A DNA stretch of 64,000 bases. It comes from an uncultured Candidatus Binatia bacterium (GTDB lineage: Bacteria; Desulfobacterota; Binatia; Bin18). A model generated the notes under the pieces. That model had not been told where the DNA came from and made no database searches. It saw only the letters and a list, made by a program, of their open reading frames with translations. Every line of letters begins with the position of its first letter. The stretch's first letter is position 1. Location: contig CBDDQA010000003.1 in NCBI GenBank assembly GCA_965232605.1, forward strand, positions 164,556 to 228,555, read 5' to 3'. The position numbers and the translations under genes are program-made. This document shows positions 54,494-61,952 of this stretch, piece after piece.

Positions 54494-54847
54494 CTACGAG
54501 CGGGCGAAAATCTGGACGATATTGCCGGCCGGGTCTACCGCGGTGAAATATTTTCCGTGTCCGCCCATGTCGACGGTTTCGTTGACCGTGACACCGTTTT
54601 GGGTCAGCTTCTCGCGCATCTCTCCGAGGTCCTCGACCTCAAGCACTACGGTGGCTCCGCCGCCCGGAGGAACCGAGCCTTCGCTCGGGTCGGCCAGGGC
54701 CACCCCAACCCCATTCACATCGAACTGGGTCCAGCGGTCGCCATCACGAAATTTGACATCGAGACCCAGGATATCCTGGTAAAAATTGACGGCCTGGTCC
54801 ATATTGTTGACCACGTAGTACGCGCTTGAAAACTTTTTCACTGCCAT
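54494..54847 (-). CDS. VOC/glyoxalase family protein
   Basis: AVNFYQDILGL, LEVEDL and DPAGNIV motifs. Confidence 0.88.
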   Translation of the reverse strand: MAVKKFSSAYYVVNNMDQAVNFYQDILGLDVKFRDGDRWTQFDVNGVGVALADPSEGSVPPGGGATVVLEVEDLGEMREKLTQNGVTVNETVDMGGHGKYFTAVDPAGNIVQIFARS

Positions 54848-54912
54848 GTCTGCATGTCCTCCTCGTTCCTTGGCGTTCAGCTATCAACTTTTTCATGGAG
54901 AGGCTATAGGCT

Positions 54913-55764
54913 ATGCCCGAACTCCCGGAAGTCGAAACCATTGTGCGTAAGCTCACACGCGGTGAACCCGCGGAGGCCGGCCTGCCGACCTACCCGTCTC
55001 TGATAGGGACGGAGATCACGCACGCCTGGGGGAATTGGCAGAATTCCATACGCCCGTCCATTCGAGCGGTCACCCGCACCTTGCCCGGCCACCGGATCGC
55101 ATCCCTCGGACGGCGCGGGAAATATATCGTCTTGACCTTGCGGTCCGGTGCAGACGGCTCCGTTCGGTATCTCGTCATCCATCTTAAAATGAGCGGACGG
55201 ATCGAGGTCCGCGAGACCGGCTATCCGCGGCATAAACATGTGCATTTCACCTGCGATTTCAGTACGGGCTATAGCCTGCATTTTCAGGACGCGCGCAAGT
55301 TCGGGCGGGTCTATTGCGTAGATGACATCGAAACCGTGACCGGCCATCTCGGCCCGGAACCGTTAGCGCCAGGCTTTACGCTGCGGCGCTTTCGACCGCT
55401 CATTGCCAAAAAAACCGGCGGCCTCAAGGCCCTGCTGCTGAACCAGTCTTTTATTGCCGGGGTGGGCAATATTTATGCGGACGAGGCGCTCTGGCGGGCC
55501 CGGCTCCACCCCTGCTGCCGAGCCGCTGACCTTAACGCCCGTCAAGTGGCAGCGCTGCATAAGGCAATTCGAGCGGCGCTGAACGACGGCCTCAAGCACA
55601 ACGGCGCGGCCATTGATTGGGTGTATCCTGAGGGCAACTATCAGAATTTCTTTCGGGTCTATGGTCGAACGGGCCAGCCCTGCCGGCGATGTCGGACTCC
55701 GATCGAACGCACCCTGGTCGGGCAACGCAGCACGCATTTTTGTCCGCAGTGCCAGCGCCTTTAA
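54913..55764 (+). CDS. mutM: Formamidopyrimidine-DNA glycosylase
   Basis: MPELPEVET, RRGKY, DARKFG, GVGNIYADE, and C-terminal CxxC..RSTHFCPQCQ zinc finger. Confidence 0.95.
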   Translation: MPELPEVETIVRKLTRGEPAEAGLPTYPSLIGTEITHAWGNWQNSIRPSIRAVTRTLPGHRIASLGRRGKYIVLTLRSGADGSVRYLVIHLKMSGRIEVRETGYPRHKHVHFTCDFSTGYSLHFQDARKFGRVYCVDDIETVTGHLGPEPLAPGFTLRRFRPLIAKKTGGLKALLLNQSFIAGVGNIYADEALWRARLHPCCRAADLNARQVAALHKAIRAALNDGLKHNGAAIDWVYPEGNYQNFFRVYGRTGQPCRRCRTPIERTLVGQRSTHFCPQCQRL

Positions 55765-55785
55765 CTGTACCACCCCATCCAGGCG

Positions 55786-56487
55786 CTACCATTCCTCGCC
55801 AAACGGTCGGACTTCCACATTGAACGACCAGCCCGAGCGGTCCTGATGGGCGACGTGGTAGGCCGTATCGGCGATGGCTGACGGCTGGATGAAAAAATCG
55901 TCCGGCTTGTCGGGCAGCATCTTGCGCGTCCAGGCCAGGTCAATTACCGCGTCGATGACGATATAGGCGACATGAATACCCTGGGGGCCCAGGGTGCGGG
56001 CCATGGACTCCGAGAGGATGCGCTGGGCGGCCTTGGTCGGGGCAAAGCCGGCAAAACGGGGCTTCCCGCGTAACGCAGACGTATTCCCGGAGGATATGAT
56101 CACGCCCTTGCCGGCTTCGATCATATCCGGGGCGACGGCCCTGGCCAGATACAGCAATCCCATTGTATTGACCTGAAAATTGTCAGCCAGCGTTTGCGGC
56201 TCGATTTCGAGAAAGGTGCCGAACGCGCCACCCACCGCATTGTGGATCAGGATTTCAGGTGGGCCCATTTCTGCTTTCACCTGGGCGACCGCGGCGTTGA
56301 CGGCGGCCTCGTCAGACACGTCGCACACATAGCCGCGCGAGCCGGCAATTTCCTTTTCCAGTTGCGACAAACGCTCCTGAGTCCGGGCCAGCATGGCCAC
56401 ACGATAGCCGCCCTGGGCAAAACGGCGGCTGAGCGCCGCTCCGGTTCCAGGTCCCACCCCAGTAATCAAACACACAGGTCCAGCCAT
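55786..56487 (-). CDS. SDR family oxidoreductase (atypical, FxxxK)
   Basis: TGVGPGTG, HNAV, FAPTKAAQR and GIHVAYIVIDAVID motifs. Confidence 0.9.
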   Translation of the reverse strand: MAGPVCLITGVGPGTGAALSRRFAQGGYRVAMLARTQERLSQLEKEIAGSRGYVCDVSDEAAVNAAVAQVKAEMGPPEILIHNAVGGAFGTFLEIEPQTLADNFQVNTMGLLYLARAVAPDMIEAGKGVIISSGNTSALRGKPRFAGFAPTKAAQRILSESMARTLGPQGIHVAYIVIDAVIDLAWTRKMLPDKPDDFFIQPSAIADTAYHVAHQDRSGWSFNVEVRPFGEEW

Positions 56488-56686
56488 ACTCTTTCCCTTC
56501 TCACCGTCCGTACAGACTCAGCAGATGATCCCGCCGCAGGAGTCCAGTCATTTTTATCAGCCGGGACATATCGGCCTCCATACGCAGTCGTGAGGAATTT
56601 CTACCCAGAAGGGCCGCCCCCCGCAACCGTCCTGTTCGCCTCAGCCGAACCGCATCAGGGCAGATTACGCCGCTGTATAGCCGTCC

Positions 56687-56811
56687 GTCATTCCTGCGCA
56701 AGAACGTCACCCCGGCCCAAGCGCCGGGGCAGGCATCCAGGCCCCTGGCCCCCCGGTTTCTGGATGCCGGATCAAAGCCTGCCCCGGACACGACCCGGGG
56801 TCCGGCATGAC
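56687..56811. repeat. RPE/REP-like palindrome pair (GTCATTCCTGCG...ATCCAG / CTGGATGCCGGATCAA...TCCGGCATGAC) with two nested CCCCGG hairpins
   Basis: Terminal GTCAT/ATGAC inverted ends; inserts at about 56703-56729 and 56777-56800. Confidence 0.75.
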
Positions 56812-56899
56812 AAGAGTGTACTGACACGGCTACAACTTATCGTGACACGCCCTAAATCCTCTTTTGACACCTCACTAAGAACGTCCTACGCTGTCGTGC

Positions 56900-57196
56900 A
56901 TGAACAAGACAGCAGTGTATAGCTGGCGGGTGGACACCAACTTGAAAAGTGCGCTCGAACAAGTCGCTCGGGCCGAAAAGACCAGCGTTGCCCAATTACT
57001 TGACTCTATTGTGCGCGCCTGGCTGCAAGAATCTTCCTCGCTTAATGGGGAGAACGAACAACAGCAGCGTTTACACTCTGCCGCCCAAGAATGTTTCGGA
57101 ACGCTGCGCAGCACAGACCCCGATCTGGCAACACTGGCGAAAGAGCGGGTTCGTCAGAAAATTCGAGAGCGTCATGCACGCACACGGGCTCATTGA
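56900..57196 (+). CDS. RHH-like antitoxin
   Basis: KTAVYSWRV..LKSALEQ.AR....SVAQLLD pattern; overlaps the PIN gene; TGACAC repeated three times upstream. Confidence 0.75.
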   Translation: MNKTAVYSWRVDTNLKSALEQVARAEKTSVAQLLDSIVRAWLQESSSLNGENEQQQRLHSAAQECFGTLRSTDPDLATLAKERVRQKIRERHARTRAH

Positions 57197-57593
57197 TACG
57201 GGAGCGATTCTCGCCCTTCTGAATGGGAGGGATCGCTGGCACGATCAATGTGTCACAGCCCTGGCCGCGCTTCGTCTTCCCCTCGCCACGACGGCCGCTG
57301 TGCTCACAGAACTCTTCCATCTTCTCAGTGATCACCCACATGATGTTGAAGCGGCATGGCGATTCGTGCGCTCAGGGGCCATTGTTGTTTTGCCGATAAC
57401 GGACTCCGATATGCCAGACTTGGACCGGCTCATGAAACGATACAGCGACCATCCCATGGACTTTGCCGACGCAACCCTGGTGCATCTCGCTCGACGAGAG
57501 TCATTGTCCACGATCTGCACGATCGACCACAACGATTTCGAGACCTATCGCATTGTTGGAAGACGGAAATTCCGCATCATCCCGCCACGTTGA
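57174..57593 (+). CDS. vapC: VapC family PIN-domain toxin
   Basis: IDTGAILA, DRWH, VLTE, PMDFADA and TIDHNDF motifs. Confidence 0.92.
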   Translation: MHAHGLIDTGAILALLNGRDRWHDQCVTALAALRLPLATTAAVLTELFHLLSDHPHDVEAAWRFVRSGAIVVLPITDSDMPDLDRLMKRYSDHPMDFADATLVHLARRESLSTICTIDHNDFETYRIVGRRKFRIIPPR

Positions 57594-57615
57594 CAGGACG
57601 AAAAGAGAGTCGCTT

Positions 57616-59028
57616 TTAGAAAATCGTGACCCATAGCGAGTACAGCGCAAAGCCGCCGTACACCACGGACGCGATGAGCATCATGACAATCGACACCGGC
57701 CCCGGTCGGGCCGAGGGCGGCAGATTGCGCAGATTCATATACAACATCAATGGCACATACAGGGCCATGGTCAGACCGCTGAGCAGGGCGGCGTTAAACA
57801 GAAAGCCCAGCCCGGTGACAGCAAAACGCTCAAAAAACCAGGTGCTGACCGTGCCGGCAACCATAAAGAGCACGGCAAAGGGAATGTATAATTTGGCTTG
57901 GTCGATCTTTGCTCCAAACGGGAACGATGTACGGATGATATAGGACCAGACCCGGGCGTTGCCATCGACGCTGACCAACTGGGTGCTGAAGAGCGTGGCC
58001 ATGCCGATTGCCAGAAAGAGATAAAATCCCACCGCGCCCATGGAGTTTTCCAGAATCAGCGACATATCCCAGATAATACGTCCCTCGGCCGGAACGACGC
58101 CGCTGGGGCGTAAGACGCACAGCACCCCAAACATGAACAGGAACATGGTGAAGCTGTTCAGCCCCCAGAAGAACAGGCACTGGTCCAGGCGTATCCAGCG
58201 AAACCAGCCCTGGAAGGCGCGTTGGTTGGCTTCCGTTTCCGGGTACAGATAGCCGGTTGCCTCCTCCTCGTTCGACCCACCCCGCAACGGGTTTTGAAGC
58301 CGGGGCATACGCGCCCCCATGCCGATGTTCTTGTCACGCAGATAAAAGGCGTACCACAGGTTGCCAGCCCCGCCGGCACCGGCGAACACCACGGCCCCAA
58401 AAAAGCGGCTGAAGGGGAAATCCTCCGTCAATTCAATGTGGCCGAAGTTCACCAGCCCACGGGCCATCTCGGCAACATGTTCCATGGTTCCGACCTGAAA
58501 AGCCACAAAAGTCAGCCCCAGTGTAATGAAGACGACCATACCGATGACGATCCGTTCCATGGCCTGATACATGACTTTGGGGCCAAAGAGCGTGGCGGCG
58601 ATCAACACAAAGGTCAGGCCGGTCCACATCCAGTCGGCTCCGGGGCCGTCCGGTCCGAAAATCAGGCCCTTCAGGGCCGCGCCGGAAACACGAGCCCAGC
58701 CGGGCAGGAACAGTCCGGCAAAAGTCAGAAACAGCAGGATATAAATGAAGCCCATCCAGACCCGGGCAAAGCCGGTATACGGCGCTTCGCCGGTGACGAT
58801 GGTCCAGCGACCGATCTCAAGGTTGACCCAGAGTTGCAGAAAGACGCCCAGGGCCGCGGCCCAGACCATGCTGGCCCCGAACTTGGCCGTAATCCACGGC
58901 CACATCACCAGTTCGCCGGCACCGATGGAAAGCCCGACCAGAACCGCCCCCGGCCCGGCCAACTGCCAGAACGAGCGGGTCCGCGGCGGCAGGTCCGCAG
59001 TTTTGAGTGGTGCAATATGTGCGCCCAA
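57616..59028 (-). CDS. Nramp-like (APC superfamily) transporter
   Basis: GPG.V...SIGAGE, EIGRWT..TGE and LFSTQL...DG..R motifs; TTG start after AAGGAGG. Confidence 0.8.
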   Translation of the reverse strand: MGAHIAPLKTADLPPRTRSFWQLAGPGAVLVGLSIGAGELVMWPWITAKFGASMVWAAALGVFLQLWVNLEIGRWTIVTGEAPYTGFARVWMGFIYILLFLTFAGLFLPGWARVSGAALKGLIFGPDGPGADWMWTGLTFVLIAATLFGPKVMYQAMERIVIGMVVFITLGLTFVAFQVGTMEHVAEMARGLVNFGHIELTEDFPFSRFFGAVVFAGAGGAGNLWYAFYLRDKNIGMGARMPRLQNPLRGGSNEEEATGYLYPETEANQRAFQGWFRWIRLDQCLFFWGLNSFTMFLFMFGVLCVLRPSGVVPAEGRIIWDMSLILENSMGAVGFYLFLAIGMATLFSTQLVSVDGNARVWSYIIRTSFPFGAKIDQAKLYIPFAVLFMVAGTVSTWFFERFAVTGLGFLFNAALLSGLTMALYVPLMLYMNLRNLPPSARPGPVSIVMMLIASVVYGGFALYSLWVTIF

Positions 59029-59208
59029 GCCATCCTCCTTGTAGCCGGAGGGATTGTAGGGGTGATGGCCAATGAGGACAACTGGTCGGGTTACTATTTT
59101 CCCCAAACCCGTCTCTCCCTATAATGAGACCGGAACGGCCCAAGTCACAGTATTGAAAAGGCGGGCGTCAAGATGGGTTAGGAAGGATGAACGGCAAAGG
59201 GGGCCAAC

Positions 59209-60435
59209 ATGGACCTTATTCTCAGAAATGGACGCATTGTCGGGCAGGATGATCAAACGACCGTTGATATTGGTATCCAGAATGGCCGCATAGGAGCTAT
59301 GGAATCCAAGCTGTCAGCCGAAGGGCGTGAGCTTGACCTGCGGGGTCGTTTAGTCGCACCAGGTTTCATTGAAACCCATATCCATTTGGACAAATCCTGC
59401 ATCCTAGACCGCTGCCAGTCGGCCGAAGGTGATCTGGAAGAAGTCCTGACCCAAGTCACGGCAGCCAAACAGGCTTTCACCGCAGAAGATGTACGCCAAC
59501 GGGCGGCGGGCACCTTAGAAAAATGCATCCTGCACGGGACCACCCATGTCCGTACTCACCTTGAGGTTGACCCAGGCATAGGACTACGTGGACTCGACGG
59601 GGTGCTCCCCCTCATCCAGGAATATAAGTGGGCGCTGGATCTTGAGGTGTGTGTCTTTCCGCAAGAAGGCTTACTCAATAATCCAGGGACCGATGAACTG
59701 TTGGTTGCCGCGCTCAATCGGGGCGCGAGCGTTATTGGGGCAGCCCCTTACACGGACACTGATCCACATGGTCAGATAGATCGCATCTTTGAACTGGCTC
59801 GTGAGTTCAACGTTGATATCGATATGCATTTGGACTTCGGCCATACCTCGGACGAGCTGGATATTGAGTATGTGTGCGATCTGACTGAAAAGTTCGGCTA
59901 TGGGGGCCGGGTCACCGTCGGCCATGTGACCAAGATGGCAACCATTTCTCCAGAACGATTTTTCGCCCTCGCCCAGCGTCTGGCGAATATCGGCGTCGCG
60001 GTCACCGTGCTGCCCGCGACAGACCTCTACCTGATGGGCCGTCACCAGGATCACAATATTATCCGCGGCGTGACTCCGGCACATAAACTCGTACAGCGAG
60101 GCGTTACCTGTTCCCTCTCGACCAATAATGTTCTTAATCCCTTCACGCCGTTTGGCGACTGTTCGTTGATTCGCATGGCCAACCTGTATGCCAATATCTG
60201 CCAGGTCGATAATCAGGAAGAAGTGCGGGCCTGCTTTGATATGATCACTCAATATTCAGCCCAAATACTGGGACTCGGGGACTATGGCGTGGAGGTCGGA
60301 AAAGCGGCCGATCTGGTTGTCCTGGACTGTACGACACCCGAGGCAGCCGTGGCAGAAGTCGTCCTCCCGCTGTACGGCTTCAAACGCGGCCGGCAGACAT
60401 TCACCAGAAAACCGGCTGAGTTGCATCGGCCCTGA
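59209..60435 (+). CDS. Cytosine deaminase-like metal-dependent amidohydrolase
   Basis: ETHIHLDK, GTTHVRTH, FPQEG, DMHLD and PFTPFG motifs. Confidence 0.85.
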   Translation: MDLILRNGRIVGQDDQTTVDIGIQNGRIGAMESKLSAEGRELDLRGRLVAPGFIETHIHLDKSCILDRCQSAEGDLEEVLTQVTAAKQAFTAEDVRQRAAGTLEKCILHGTTHVRTHLEVDPGIGLRGLDGVLPLIQEYKWALDLEVCVFPQEGLLNNPGTDELLVAALNRGASVIGAAPYTDTDPHGQIDRIFELAREFNVDIDMHLDFGHTSDELDIEYVCDLTEKFGYGGRVTVGHVTKMATISPERFFALAQRLANIGVAVTVLPATDLYLMGRHQDHNIIRGVTPAHKLVQRGVTCSLSTNNVLNPFTPFGDCSLIRMANLYANICQVDNQEEVRACFDMITQYSAQILGLGDYGVEVGKAADLVVLDCTTPEAAVAEVVLPLYGFKRGRQTFTRKPAELHRP

Positions 60436-60442
60436 GGCTACC

Positions 60443-61612
60443 ATGAACGACCCTTTAGGCGCATTCTGTCGCCACACCCACGTCACGCTTCCCGGTTCGG
60501 AGACCGGGCCGCTCGCCGGTCTGTCTCTTGCGATAAAGGACGTGTTCCATATCAAAGGGCACCGAACGGGAGCGGGCAATCCGGACTGGCTGCGGACCCA
60601 TCCCGTAGCCGAGACCACCGCGCCTGCGGTGCAACGTTTGCTCGACGCGGGCGCCCATATTGTGGGCAAAACGCACACGGATGAGCTGGCCTACAGTCTC
60701 AATGGCGAAAATGTCCACTACGGCACGCCGGTGAATCCGAACGCAGCGGGCCGTATCCCAGGGGGCTCTTCCAGTGGCTCGGCTGCCGCGGTCGCTGGCG
60801 GTCTGGTGGATTTTGCCATTGGAACCGACTGTGGCGGTTCGGTGCGTTTACCGGCCAGCTACTGCGGGATATTTGGTTTTCGACCGACCCACGGGCGTAT
60901 TCCGCTCGACGAAATAGCCCCGCTCGCATCAAGCTTTGACACGGTCGGTTGGTTTACCCGAGACGCCAGACTCTTGGAAAAGGTCGGTCGGGTGCTCCTG
61001 GACGATCAGAGCGACGCTCGGCCTCCACGCCAACTGCTCCTGGCCTCAGACGCATTTACTCTGGCCGGCGGTGCGGTCACCGCCGCACTCCAACCCGCAG
61101 TCACAAAACTCAGCCAGGCTATTGGTCCGGCACAGTCTGTCACCATCAACCCTGGGGGACTCTCGGAATGGATGCAGCTTTTCCGTGTCCTGCAAGGCGC
61201 GGAGATCTGGGCCAACCACGGCGCTTGGATTCGCGCGGTCCAGCCTGCTTTCGGGCCGGATATTCATAAACGTTTCGAGTGGACAGCAACAATTCAGCAA
61301 GCCGAGGTGGACGGCGCCAAGGAAAAACGAGAACAGATTGCCGCTCGAATGGACGCGTTCCTCGGAGAGGATAGCGTCTTATGTCTCCCGACCGCACCCG
61401 GCATTGCCCCGCTTCGGAACACGCCTGCGGATGACTTGGAGGCGTTTCGGGCTCAGGCGTTGAGTCTCTTATGTATCGCCGGCCTGGCCCGTCTCCCTCA
61501 AGTCAACCTGCCGTTGGGTACCCTTGATGGTTGCCCGGTCGGCATATCCCTCATTGGGCCACGCGGGGCGGATATGTTGCTGTTACAGATTGCAGCAAGC
61601 CTCCCTCCTTAG
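60443..61612 (+). CDS. Amidase signature family protein
   Basis: AIKD, GKTHTDELA, PGGSSSGSAAAV and GTDCGGSVR motifs. Confidence 0.93.
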   Translation: MNDPLGAFCRHTHVTLPGSETGPLAGLSLAIKDVFHIKGHRTGAGNPDWLRTHPVAETTAPAVQRLLDAGAHIVGKTHTDELAYSLNGENVHYGTPVNPNAAGRIPGGSSSGSAAAVAGGLVDFAIGTDCGGSVRLPASYCGIFGFRPTHGRIPLDEIAPLASSFDTVGWFTRDARLLEKVGRVLLDDQSDARPPRQLLLASDAFTLAGGAVTAALQPAVTKLSQAIGPAQSVTINPGGLSEWMQLFRVLQGAEIWANHGAWIRAVQPAFGPDIHKRFEWTATIQQAEVDGAKEKREQIAARMDAFLGEDSVLCLPTAPGIAPLRNTPADDLEAFRAQALSLLCIAGLARLPQVNLPLGTLDGCPVGISLIGPRGADMLLLQIAASLPP

Positions 61613-61622
61613 GCCCGAGCGT

Positions 61623-61928
61623 TTACCACTCATGGGGCGGTATCTGCTCGGAGAGCTCTTTGACGATACCTAAGGTCCGGGGGTTAAACACTCCATTTTC
61701 GTCCGGGTTGTTGTTGAGGAGACCAATGATAATCAGGTCGCGGACGCCAAAGCGCTCTTCGACTACGGTATTATAGGCTTGCATGGGATCGTCGAACGGG
61801 ACCATGGCCTCGAGATCAGAGTCAAACTGCAGCTTGTCTAGCTGCAGCCAGGCTAGCACCGTACAGCCCAAGACGAGGGCAATGACCAGCTAGCGAAAAC
61901 GGATGATGCCGTGGAAGAATGATTCCAT
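61623..61928 (-). pseudogene. Truncated N-terminus of an MMPL/RND transporter with an internal TAG
   Basis: MESFFHGIIRFR*LVIALVLGCTVLAWLQLDKLQFDSDLEAM...EERFG; ends after about 100 codons. Confidence 0.75.
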
Positions 61929-61952
61929 GAGGGGGTACTCTTTCGTTCCTTA

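Noticed and set aside
56501-56590. Possible second DUF1640-like tail (MEADMSRLIKMTGLL...)
   Set aside because: Too short and degenerate to support a call by eye.
16005-61892. In-frame TAG codons in the IS4 transposase and the MMPL fragment as evidence of amber recoding or pyrrolysine
   Set aside because: TAG ends several intact genes in the window (for example the ACAD, the LLM at 12130 and the racemase). The two sites correspond to different residues (Tyr, Trp), each one substitution from TAG, so simple nonsense mutations explain them.
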